Below, in pieces: positions 26,535-39,123 of a DNA stretch of 64,000 nucleotides. The notes below the pieces were generated by a model. It was not told the DNA's origin, searched no databases, and was given only the letters and a program-made list of their open reading frames with translations. The position numbers were made by a program, and so were the translations under genes. The stretch lies in assembly GCF_009914755.1 (NCBI RefSeq), contig NC_060947.1; one strand, written 5' to 3'. Within the stretch, counting starts at the first letter, position 1. Every line of letters begins with the position of its first letter. The stretch is from the human T2T-CHM13v2.0 reference genome, Homo sapiens.

Positions 26535-29500
26535 AATTCCAACTTTAGTTTAATTCTGGAGGGGAAACGTGCAGATTTGTTATATGGGTGTATTTTGTGA
26601 TGCTGAGGTTTGGGGTATGAGTGATCCTGTCACCCAAGTAGGGACCATAGTATCCAATAGTTTTTCCACCTTTGCCTCTCTCTCTAGTTCCTCCTCTAGT
26701 ACTCACCAGTGTCTACTGTTGTCACTTTTATGTATATGACCCAATATTTAGCTCCTACTCATAAGAACCTTAATTTACTTAGGATAATTGCCTCCAACTG
26801 CATCCATGTTGCTGCAAAGAACATAATTTCATTATTTTCAATTGCTGTGGAGTATATGTACCACATTTTCTTTATCCAGTTCACTGTTGATGGGCATCTA
26901 AGTTGATTTTCTCCCTTTGCTATTGTGAACATTACTGCAATGAACAAATGAGTACGTGGAGTACATGTGTTTTGGTAAGAAGGATTTATATTCTTATGAA
27001 TATATATCTAGTAATGGAATTGCTGGGTTGAATAATAATTCTATTATTAATTATTTAATAAATCTCCAAACTGCTTTTCACAGAGGTTGAATTGACTTGC
27101 ATTTCCACCGACATTGTAAGAAATTCCTTTTATTCCACAACTTTGGCAACGCCAGTTATTTTCTCACTTTTTAACAATAGCCATTCTGACTGGTGTTAGA
27201 TGATATCCCATTGTGGTTTTTCTTTGTATTTCCATGAAGATTAATGATATTGATCATTTTTTCATATGTTTGTAGGACACTTGTATGTCTGCTTTTACGA
27301 AGTGTTTGTACATGTCTTTTGCCAGTTTTTAATGGGACAATTAGGGGTTTTTTTGCTGAATTATTAACTTCTTTATAGATCCTGGATATTCAGTCTTTGC
27401 TCAGATGCATAGTTTGCTTATCTTTCCCATTGCGTAGTTTCTTTATTTCTTTACTTACTTTGTTGATAGTTTCTTTTCCTGTGCAGAAGCTCTTTAGTTT
27501 AATTAGATCCCACCTGTCAACTTTTGTTTTTGTGACAATTGCTTTTGAGGACTTAGTCATAAATTATTTCCCAAGGCCAATGTCCAAAATTATATTTCCT
27601 ATGATTTCTTCTAGGATTCTTATAGTTTGAGGACTTACATTTAAGTTTTTAATCCATCTTGTGTTAACTTTTGTATATTGTGAAAACTACAGGTTCAGAT
27701 TCATTCTTCTGCATATGGCTAGCCAGCTATCCCAGCACTATTTATTGAATAGGGAGTCCTTTCTCCATTGCTAATTTTTGTCAGCTTAACATTTTTTGAA
27801 TTTATTGAGATTTGCTTCACGGCCTAATGTGTTGTTGGTGTTAGAGTATGTTCCCAGTTGAGATGAGAAAAATGTATATTTTGTTTGATGGGTGGATTAT
27901 GTTGTAGATGTCTATTAGGTCTTATTGGTCAGGTGTTGTATTTAAGTCTAGAATTTTTTACTAATTAATTCATTTTTTCTGCTTCAATAATCTCTCTAAT
28001 ACCATCAGTGGGGTATTGAAGTACCCCACCATTATTGGGTGGCTGTCTATGTCTTTTTGTAGGTCTAGATATACTAGTTTTATAAATCTGGGTGCTTCAA
28101 TATTGGAATTCTTAAGTCTTCTTGATGAATTGAATTGAATCCTTTTTCATTATGTAATGCCCTTCTTTGTCATTTCTTACTGTTTTTGGTTTACAGTCCA
28201 TTTTATCTGATATAAGAATAGTGACTCCTGAACATCTTAGTGTGATAGATCTTTCTCCAATCCTTTACTTTCAGCCTATATATGTCATTACATGTGAGAT
28301 AGGTCTCTTGGAAAGAACAGACTGATGACTATTTTTATTCACCTTCTCACTCTATGCCTTTTCAGGTGGTCATTTAGACTATTTATATTGAAGGTTAATA
28401 TTGATATGTGGGATTTTTAACACACTGAAGGTTTTAGCTGGTTACTTTGTAGTTTCTATTGTATGGTTGCTTTATACTGTCTGTGGGCTATGTCCTTCAA
28501 AATGTTTTTTGGTAGCAGTTAGAATTCATTTGATTCCATGTTTAGAATTCCCATAAAGATCTCTTGTAATGTTCATCTACTGGTAATAAATTCCCTTAGC
28601 ACTTGGTTGTCTGAAAAATATTTTTATTTCTCCTTCACTTGTGAAGCTTAGTTCGATGGAATATAAAATTTTTGGTTGGAATTTATTTATTTATTTATTT
28701 ATTTTTGAGAATGCCAAAAATAGGTCTCTCCTGGCTTGTAAGATTTCTGCTCAGAAGCCCACGGTTAGCCTGAGGGGGTTCTCTTGTGGGTGACCTGACC
28801 TTTTTCTGTAGGTGTCTTTAAGACTTTTTTGTTTTGTGTCAACCTTGAGAATATAATGACTATATGCTTTGGTAATTGACTTTTTATAGTATCTTGAAGG
28901 TGTTCTCTGAATTTTTTTTGTATCTAAATGTCTACCTCTCTAGCAAGATTAGAAAACATTTCTTGAATTATTTCCTCAAAGATGTATTCTAGGTTGTTTA
29001 TTTTTTATTCTTCTATCTCAAGAATGCCCAAAATTCATACATTTGGTTGGTTGCTTTACATAATCCGGTATTTTTGAAACATTTTCCATTTTATAACATT
29101 CTGCTTTTGTGTTTATTGTTGTCTGACTGTGCTAGTCTAATGAGCAATTTTCAATCTCTGAAACTCTTTCTTCTGCTCTGTCTAGTTTATTAATAAAGGT
29201 TTCAATTGCATATTTAAATTCCTTAAGTAAGTTTTCATTTCCAGAGTATCTGAAAGATTTCTTTTTAAGATATTTGTCTTTTCCTTTATTTTCTGGATTG
29301 CTTTATAAGTTTCTTTGTGTTTATTTTCCACCTTGTCTTTAATCTCATGGAGCTTCTTTGAAATTCATGCTTTGAATTCTTTATCTTTTATTTCTGAGTT
29401 TGCATTTTGGTTAAAAACCTTAGCTGCAGAGCTAGTGTGATCCTTTGGTGCTGTCAATACATTTAGATTTTTGATAGTGTCCAAATTTTTGTGCTGGTTT

Positions 29501-29593
29501 CTTCTCATCTGGAGATACTGTTGCTTCTAATTTTTGTAATTATTTTCATGCAGGTAATATTTTTTCTTTCCCTATATACATATATATATATAT

Positions 29594-29639
<46 letters not shown>

Positions 29640-30320
29640 TTTATTTCATCCCCCTACCTATGGTGTGTGGCTGTAGAGAATGCTGGGTAAGGTCTTTTGT
29701 CTTTGCTTTTATATCCCTATGCACTTATGTCAGCTGGTTTTCTATTGGGCTGTGTGGTTCATCCTGTAAACCATTAAATGGTGCTTATGGGTAAGAGCTG
29801 GCTACAGCCAACATGAAGGTATAGCTCTCTGTTGCATTAGTCATGGAGCTGATGCCTGGAGTCCACAATTGTCTGAGCTTCCTGCTCAGCCCCAGGTGGG
29901 TGGTGGGAGGCTATATGGGCAGGGCTGGACTAAGCAGGCCCACCTATAGTTCCCTCAATGTCAGGCAGAAGCACCAGCATTGATGAGGAATCCAGTGAGC
30001 AGCCACTAAGCACCAGAGTTGTGCCTAGATGTGGACCTGGAGAACCTCCTTGGCCCTAAGTTCTCTGTGAGGCAGGGAGAGCAGCAGTGGCCTAAACCTC
30101 TAATCTAGGAGAGTGGGTTATCTGGATGCCTGAAGATCTGCCTGTGTCTGGAGTGTACAGAATGCCACTTGACCACAGTCTTTGTGCAGAATGGGTGAGG
30201 AAGCTCAGCCTGCTAATCTGGGCAAGTGGGTGCTCCCAATGCCTGGAGATCTGTATTGGTAATGGACTGGAGAGGGCCTCACTTTACCATAATCTCTGCA
30301 CAGATGCACAGGAAGGGTGA
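26535..30320 (-). mobile_element. L1PA16/L1PB-like element with a large internal ORF2 deletion (junction ~27785)
   Basis: 3'UTR and ORF2 C-terminus (MFIAVMFTIAK...MQLEAIILSKL) jump directly to EN-region sequence, then ORF1 and 5'UTR. Confidence 0.85.
29573..29636. repeat. (TA)n(CA)n(TA)n microsatellite
   Basis: Directly visible. Confidence 0.95.
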
Positions 30321-30377
30321 GAATTAAAATAATTTTAAGAAAATCTTCTTTGATATGGCAGAATATATTTTGGTACA

Positions 30378-30426
30378 TATATTAATCAGAGTTTTTCAGG
30401 GAAACAAAACCAATAGGATATTTGTA

Positions 30427-30469
<43 letters not shown>

Positions 30470-30855
30470 ACAGTGATAAAAGAGAGATAGAGATTTACAG
30501 AGAAAGACTTATTTTAAGAAATTTGCTCATGTAGTTGTAGATTTTGGCAAGTCTAATATCTACAAGCCAGGCCAACTAGAAATTACCACAGGAGTTGATG
30601 CTGCAGTCTTGAGTTTTAAGGTAGTCTGGAGGTAGAATTCTTTCCTGGAGACCTCAGTCTTTTCTCTTAAGGTCGTCAACTGATTAGATAACACCCATGC
30701 ACATTATGGAAAATAATCTACTTTACACAATGTCTACTGATTTAGTGGCTAATTACTTATAAGATAGATCTTCATAGGGACATCTAGATAGATGTTTCAC
30801 TAAACAATGGGGTATCATACACTAGCCTTGTTTGTACCCCAAATTTACCATCACA
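30378..30855 (-). mobile_element. MLT2 (ERVL) solo LTR containing (TG)n at ~30429-30467
   Basis: agggaaacaaaaccaataggata(TG)n...aagaaatttgctcatg...; ends ccatcaca. Confidence 0.85.
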
Positions 30856-32504
30856 TCTGTTCTACAAAATTATATGAAACCATATAAAATGTAGCAGATC
30901 AATCTAATATGCACTTTCTTGGATAAAAATCTATGATATATTTCTATTTGAGAAAAGGAAGTCATCCAACTATATTGTATTATATCATTTATATACCCTA
31001 TGTGTATAAATATATGCACCATTGTTAATGCATATGTATCTGTTTTCTCATTCTCTTTGAATATATAATTTTATAAATGTATAGAAAAAAATTCGTGGTA
31101 GTCTGAGGAGGGCATAAAGGAGGACTTCTACTTATTTCCCTTCATGTTTCTGTACTTTTCTGGTGTAGCTCTTTGTCTTTCAGATCACAAACTAAGTTCA
31201 TTAGAGTACGTCTAAGTCTTCAAAATAGGGTAGTAGGTCAGCTTTCTGGAGGAAGTTGAGAAAAGAGTCTCAAAAATTGTCATTGAGGTAAATGGATGGG
31301 TGTAGCTCATAAGATTGTTATGGATAATAGTACTTTGTAAGGCTAGATAAGAGGTATAACTTCAGTATGATTATAGTTTATTTAGTGCCATCATGGGAGG
31401 AAGTTTATCTCAACTTGGATCCTATAAGGAAATTTAGGAAGAAAGATAACTACATAAAATCTTAGACTCTGCTCTTATGAATCTTCATAAACTCCAACCT
31501 TCATAGTACAGCATATTGTTTTTTTAGGGCCTGAATGAGTGGAAAGGCTGACCTGATTTACTTTCTGCCACTTTATAACTTTCTCAGAGGATATCTTGAA
31601 GTTTCATGGTTGTTGAGATAGGTCTTTCTTAGTCTTGCCCTTCTGTGTTAACTCAGATTATCCAGTAACTGTCTTCATAAATTGAGTCACTCTGCAGAAA
31701 TACAGATTACATTTCCTCCTCCCCATAGTTCTAATTCTGTCATTCCTTTATCCTCAAAAAGAATATATAGGTTCCAGCAGAGGCAGTACACAATAGTAAA
31801 TTATACTAACTGCTTAATATGACAGCTGTTCTGATAGTACTCAAGCCTGATTGATGAATGCCCTATACTATTTTGTTAAATATTTTGAATATCAGCTTTG
31901 CTGTGAGCCTGATGAAAAGTGAGATCAACCAAATGGGAATATATTAAAATTAGGGCAAGTTATGTATTACTATTTTTCATAAATATGATGGAAATAGTAT
32001 TTGGCATTTAACATTATCTGTTTCCCTTTTAAAGTGAAGCCTGAGCTCCCATGTATTCAAGGAATAAATTAGAGACTATGAGTTTTGTTACAAAATGTTC
32101 CTCATATAAAGCCTGGATAGTTTGAGTTTTTAGGATGTAGTGTGGTTTTCTTGCTATGTAAACAGAGAGAAAGTAATTGCCCTGGAGTAGGTCAACTAGT
32201 AGGTCTCTGTATTCATCATGGTGACATTTTTTATGAGTAATATTTAAAGGCTAAATAAGTTGTTCATTTTGGGACTCAGAGCAGTTTTTGCTGAGGCAGT
32301 TTAGAGGAAGGAAATTTTTTCCTGTTTATGATGTGGCCTATCCCTATGAATCTTACCTCTATGGTCTCAGATTTTATTTATTATAAAATCAAATAATAAT
32401 AAGGATAAATCAGAAAGTAAACATAAACAAAAGGATATTATTAAAATAAAATAATTAAAATTAAAAAATTAAGAACACAATAAAACTTTTAAAATATTAA
32501 ATAT

Positions 32505-32772
32505 TGCAAACATTTTGTTTTTCTTCTCCCTCAGAAACATCTATGATTCTTAGGTTTGGCTGTTTTATATAAGACCATACTTCTTTGAGACTTTTTTCAT
32601 TTTCTTTAATTCTTTTTTCTTAGTTTTTGTCTGATTGGGTGAATTCAAAAGCCTTGTCTTCAAGCTCTGTATTTTTCTCTTTTACTTGGTGTAGTCTATT
32701 CTTAAAACTGCCCACTGCATTTTGTAATTCCCTAAATGTGTCTTTCATTTCCAGAAGTTCTGATTGGTTTTA

Positions 32773-32822
<50 letters not shown>

Positions 32823-34445
32823 TAATATATGTACACATATATACATATATATGTACACATATATACATATATAATATATATAAAATATATACATATATAC
32901 ATATAATATACATATATATTACATATGTGTGTGTGTGTCTTTAGAACATTTTTCATTCATATATTGAATTATTTTTAAAATTTATTTATGTTGGTTTTCA
33001 CCTTTCTCATGTGTCTCCTTGAGTAATTTAATACATTAACCTTTTGGATACTTTATTTGGTATTTGAAAGATTTTATCTTCATTTAGATTAATTGCTGAA
33101 GAGTTAGTGTGCTATTTTAGGGGTTTTATAGAACCCCATTTTTTCATATTGCCAGAATTATTTTTCTGGTTTCTTCTCATTTGGATAGACTATTTCTTCT
33201 AATTATTTCATAATTTATTTTTGATTTGACTGTTTTTTTCCCCCTTGAGAATGTGACATAAATGTTTTATTGTAACCTAGTTTCAGCTCTGGGTACTTTC
33301 AGCAGTGAAGACTCTGTATGAGTTCCTTGGTTATAGAGTATTTTTGTGTGTTGGCTTTCTCAGATGCTGGTGGTAGAGGCAATATGCTGGGTTTGTGAGC
33401 AAGTTCATTGTCTCCTGTGGGGCCAGAATGGCAGAGGTTTCATGAAGCTTATCCTCATTCCCCAGTGGTGTGCACTTTTTAATTTTTCCCCCAGTATTTT
33501 ATTCACCTTTAATAGTTCGGGCTTCAGCTTATTAGGAGCTGCTCACAGGTAAAAACCAATTGTGGCTAAAGCAGATGGGTAAATGCAAAGGTCCCAGCTT
33601 TGGTAGTTGTGCCTTGGGGAGGTCTCAGTGAAATGCACTGAGGTCTTTTCAGGGGGAAGGTAGGGAGCCACTTTAGCTCCTCTACCAGGCCAGCAGGAAA
33701 GCAATCCACCGCCAGTCAGTTCTGACCCAGTGTTCCAGCTACTCAGATCAGACAGGCACCTATTTTCATCAGCAGAAATGCTGATTTTCCATATAGAGAA
33801 GTATTGTGGTTATACCCCTTGTGCAAGCCTGAACCTGGAGGGCATTCCTACTGTAGGGATGCAATCACCCTGAGGTGTTCCACCATAAAGGAAGCCTCAG
33901 TTGTGTCCACAGTCGTGGGTGAGAGAGAGAATTCCTGTTTTCCAGGACTCTTCATGATCACCAGAACTTCCTGACTGTTAGGGTAGAGCTGCAGATTTTC
34001 CAAACTGAGCCCAGCACTATACCTGTGCCTCTGCTGAAACAGAAAGTTCTAAAACTCAAGGCCTGTAGTTTGTTTTATTTTGTCCCACAGGTTGCTCCAT
34101 TGATGGGGTGCACTTCCCCTTTTCCTAGGAGTAGGAGTCCCTGAGGACCGGACTATTGTGAATTCTGGTGCTGCTCTGGGTCTAGCTGCCCAATCGGTCT
34201 GCCAAACTCCAGGCTTGCCCTAGGGAATGTCTGCAAGGTATTCAGTGATGTGACCTTTCTCTTGTTTCCTAGCAATTGGTACCAGCATGAGCTCTTATGG
34301 TAGTGGCAGGGGAGTGACATAGACACTGAGATTTCCTTGGTTATAAATAGCCTTAGTATGTTGGATTTCTCAAACGTCAGCTGTGGTAGTAATGTACTGG
34401 TCATGTGGACAGACTCACGACCTACTGGTTAGCCAGGGTGATGCT
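32505..34445 (-). mobile_element. L1 (L1PB/MA-type) ORF1 N-terminus and 5'UTR
   Basis: Homologous to 21150-21900 of the L1PB (gccttgtcttcaagctc; ccagaattatttttctgg; tttggatagactat). Confidence 0.85.
32777..32938. repeat. (TA)n-derived microsatellite
   Basis: Directly visible. Confidence 0.95.
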
Positions 34446-35055
34446 AAACTAGATAAATAAGAACAAATGAAATTCAAAGCTAGCAGAAGAAAACAAATAA
34501 CCAAAATCAGAACAGAAAAAAATGAAATTAAAAAAATATAAAATATAATGAATTAAAAAGTTAGTTCCTTAAAAGGATAAACAAAACTGATAGACTAGCA
34601 AGATTAGCTGAGAAGAGAGAAGATTTAAATAAGGTCAATAAGAAATGAAAATGGAGACATTACAACCAACACCATAGAAATACAAAAGATCATTTGAGAT
34701 TTCTATGAACATCTCTATGCACACAAACTAGAAAATCTAGGGGAAATGGATAAATTCCTGGAAACATACAATCTCCTAGCTTGAATTGGGAAAAAATAGA
34801 AACCTTAAATAACCACAAACAAGCACCAAAATTGAATCAGTAATTTTTTTAAATGCCAGTAAAAAAAAAGAAAAGAAAAAAAAAAGGCCAGGACCAGATG
34901 GACTCACAGCCAAATTCTACCAGACATTCCAAGAAAAATTGTTACCAATACTACTGAAACTATTCTAAAAGGTTAAGAAAGAGGGAATCCTCCCTAACTC
35001 ATTCTATGAAGCCAATATCACCCCAATAATGAAGCTAGGAAAGACCATAACCAAA

Positions 35056-35088
<33 letters not shown>

Positions 35089-35119
35089 AAAAAAGAAAAG
35101 GAAGGAAGGAAGGAAGGAA

Positions 35120-35181
<62 letters not shown>

Positions 35182-36158
35182 AAACTACAGATCATTATCA
35201 TTGATGAACATAGATGCAAAAATCCTCAACAAAATGCTGGCAAACTGAATCCAACAGCACATTTTAAAAAAAAAATCACCATTATCAAGTGTGTTTCATC
35301 CCAGGGATGAAGGGATGTTTCAACATATGCAAGACAATAAATTTGATATATCACATAAACAGAATTAAAAACAAAAAAAGATTAGCTCAATGGATGCCAA
35401 AAAAAGCATTTGATAAAACCCAGAGTCACTTTTTAATGAAACCTCTCAACTAGGCATAGAAGGGACATATCTCCAAATAATAAAATCCATGTATGAGAAA
35501 CCCACAACCAAGATCATACTGAATGGGAAGTGTTGAAAACAGTTTACCTGTTAACTGTAACAAGACAAGGATACCCACTTTCACCACTTTTATTCAACAT
35601 AATACTAAAAATCATAGCCAGAGAATCAGGCAAACTAAAGAAATAAAGGGCATCTAAATGGGAAAAGAGGAAGTCAAACTATCTCTGTTTTCTAATGATA
35701 TTCTCTCATACCTAGAAAATTGTACAGGCTCCTCCAAAAAAAAAAAAAAAACCTAGACTTGATAACTGAATTTAGTAAATCTCAGGTTAAAAAAATCAAT
35801 ATACACAAATCAGTACAGTGCTATATTCTAAGAGCAACCAAGCTGAGAAAACAATAATTTAATCATTTTTACAATAGCTACAAAAAAATAAAATACCTAT
35901 GAATATATGTAACCAAGAAGGTGAAAGATCTCTAAAAGGAGAACTACAGAACACTGCTGAAATAAATCATAAATGACACAAGTAAATGGAAATATATCCC
36001 ATGCTCATGGATTCAAAGAATCAATATTATGAAAATGACTATACTGCCCAAAGCAATCTACAGATTCAATGCAATTCTTATCAAAATACCAACATTATTT
36101 TTCACATAATTACAAACAACAATCCTAAAATTTATACAGAACCAAAAAAAGAGTCTGA
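34446..36158 (+). mobile_element. L1 ORF2 segment (post-EN through RT), no 3' end
   Basis: ccaggaccagatggactcacagc, gatgcaaaaatcctcaac, catgctcatggatt are sense L1 ORF2 landmarks. Confidence 0.9.
35054..35185. repeat. (GAAA)n/(GGAA)n/(GA)n purine microsatellite inside L1 ORF2
   Basis: Directly visible. Confidence 0.95.
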
Positions 36159-36771
36159 ATCCCACTATTCTGTGAATTTTATTTTTCTGAGCTCATGCAA
36201 AATCCTTCAGCAGTATGATTTTCAGAATTACATGCAAAGCCAAGTATAAGTAGACAGTTCTCCCTTTGTCATTTAACTCCCAAGATGGCCTGAGACGATG
36301 TCATTTTTAGCTTCCCTTCAATAGGGGATGTACTTGGAACTGTAGCAGAAAATTCATCAGATATACTTGAAGTTTACTTTTAACTTGCATCTATTTGAGA
36401 ATAATATCAGAAAAGTTGCTATTTTTAGTCTGTCACATACACAAATATGGCTATTCAAAGTCTCTATATTTTCACTTGCCACTTTAAAAATCAGAATTTT
36501 TAGATATTACCTCTCACATAGTAGAGATGGATTCAGCTGATAATTCCATGTATGAAAACAAAACTGAAATGTTTCCTATTTTTTCTTACTAAAACTCATA
36601 TTTTTGTCATATGCCAATCTTGATCCTTATTTTAAATATTATGCTAAGTCTATATCTTGCTCCATTAGTTTTGCAATGGCTATTGATAAAAAGCAATAAA
36701 ATTCTGACTTAACACATAACAATTTCTTTAGCATACAAGGAAACTTTACTTGGATAGTGCCTCTATATATA

Positions 36772-37757
36772 ATATTCTAATTTATTCAGGCTGCTATAAC
36801 AAAATACCCTAGTCTGGGTTTGTGAAACACACTCACTCGTCCAAACCCAAAGAATGGACTCAGAGACATGGAGAACAGCGGAAGCAAGACTTTTAATGAC
36901 AGTCTTGCAAGATTGGGTGTCTGGTGAGTAGGCACACCCAGTACGGTTACAACAAGCAATTTATCCCCTAGTAAGCAAGTCCCTCCCCCAGTTTCTCATA
37001 GGCTGAGTACTGTAGGGTTACAATCTTCCCAGACTTTGCATAAGTTTCTTTTCTTTGTCCTTACTGGTCATTGAGTTGGGGCATTAAGTATCTTCTTTAG
37101 GGTCTTGTCACTGCATTTTGTTGCAGCCCATAATGCATTGTAACTATAGTCAGCTTGGGGACTCTTCCATTATTTGATCTATGACTCAGGTGGTTAGGAA
37201 AGCTATTAAGAATAGAGAAGGTGAGCTATTTTGCAAGCTAGTAAACTTTCATTCTATGCTAAACCCTTTGGTTTGGGTGAGGGTAACTAAAGGGCCCCAA
37301 CTAGCAGACACTGGCTATTAAGGCAGGGGCCTGGTGTATCCTGTTCTTCCTTAGCTCATAGGCCCAAGCCTATTCGAGGCACTTTGTCTTGAAAATGGAC
37401 CACCATCTATGTTATTTTTCTACATGGGTAATTTATAAACAACAGAAACCTATTGTTCACAGTCCTGGAGGCTGAGGAGTTCAAACATGGTGCCTTGATC
37501 ATGGACTTCTCAGTCTCAAATTTGGCATCTGGTGAGGGCCCACTTCCTCATAGATGACACCTTCTATATGCCCTCACATGGTAGAAGGGGTGAGTAAACT
37601 CCCTCAGGCCTCATTTATAAAGGCACTAATCTCATTCATAAGGACAGAGTCCTCATGACCTAATCACTTTCCAATATCCCCACCTCTTAATACCACCAGA
37701 TTAGGGATTAAGTTTCAACATATGAATTGGAGAGGGGCAAGCATTCAGACCATAGCA
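36772..37757 (-). mobile_element. MLT1A/MST-type MaLR solo LTR split by a nested LTR (pieces ~36772-36820 and 37425-37757)
   Basis: caggctgctataacaaaatacc...tgggt | tgggtaatttataaacaacagaaa...cattcagaccatagca join into one LTR. Confidence 0.85.
36821..37424 (-). mobile_element. Solo LTR (ERVL, LTR32-like) nested in the MaLR LTR
   Basis: TG...CA termini; flanks tgggtt/tgggta (TSD). Family assignment from memory. Confidence 0.75.
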
Positions 37758-38171
37758 ATAGTACATTTGCTATGAATTTTAGCTCTTATGTTGTTCTCAA
37801 AATCTGCAGAAAACCTCAGTCTCTCAGAGTCTCACTTGGCTAGGTTGGGCTGAGTGCTCTCAGTTCTCTCAGGCTCTCCATCAGAAAAAGACTGACGGAT
37901 GGCAATAGCACCCAGGAGCAGAGAAGATCAAAGTACTTATGAAAAACAGATGATGTTTGAGAGTAAGTTAGCCCTAACAATATTATCTGAAATAGGTATA
38001 TATAAAGTAGTTTGAAGAGAAACATACAATCAATGAAATATTTTAATATGATGACATCTGATGATTAAAATGAAAATGAAAGGTAGCCCTTAATAATCAA
38101 GAAATGTGGTTAGAAAATCCACCAATATCACAGATTGGAGAATTTTGGAAAAAGTGTTTACATCACTAATT

Positions 38172-38723
38172 TATAGGAAAAGAAGAATAATTTTTCTTCA
38201 ACCCTCAGAGATTCTCACTTGAAATGGATCACTGTAACAAAAGACATGTTAACAATAGAAAAACAAAGTTTATTAACATGTATATTTCATATATACATAC
38301 ATGGTAGATACCCAGGAAATGAATAGTTCTCGAATAAGTGGTTTTGAATTCCAGCTAGTATAGCATCTTTGACAAAAATGTACCTTTTTAAAGAAGTGAT
38401 AATATAGTAGAAAAAAATACCTTGAGTCTCTTGGGGAGGCAACTTGTGAGAAGGCAAATAAATAGCAGATAAATGCTAGTTAGAAATGTTTGTTAATGTA
38501 AATTACTCTGGTATAATCTCTAGATGATAAGGGTATAAAGTTTTCCTCAATCTCTAACCTTTGTTCTTCCTGGTAGAAGGGAGGGAAATGTATATCTTAT
38601 CTTTGTAAACCTAAGCCCTTCTTTTAGAAAAACTGGGGGAGGGCAGAGAGCTTTCCTGAACCTCCTTCCTAATTGCCTTCAACTCAACAATTCTTCATAG
38701 TTGATGTATTCTGGTCTCCCACA
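38172..38723 (-). mobile_element. ERV1 solo LTR (MER31/MER67 group)
   Basis: Reverse complement begins tgtgggagaccagaatac...gaaggcaattagg...ggaaagctctctgccctcc; AATAAA on the minus strand at ~38268. Confidence 0.75.
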
Positions 38724-38792
38724 AAGTCATTAATACTTAATTTCTATATCAATCCATAGGGGCTTACAAATGGACATATTGAAATAATGTGA

Positions 38793-39123
<331 letters not shown>

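Noticed and set aside
31184-31240. Possible exon after ctttgtctttcag
   Set aside because: Good acceptor but only weak donors nearby and no recognisable peptide.
35004-35310. KERK-rich and SFFL-rich ORFs; also YI-rich ORFs at 32627-32956 and 39824-40068
   Set aside because: Translations of microsatellites.
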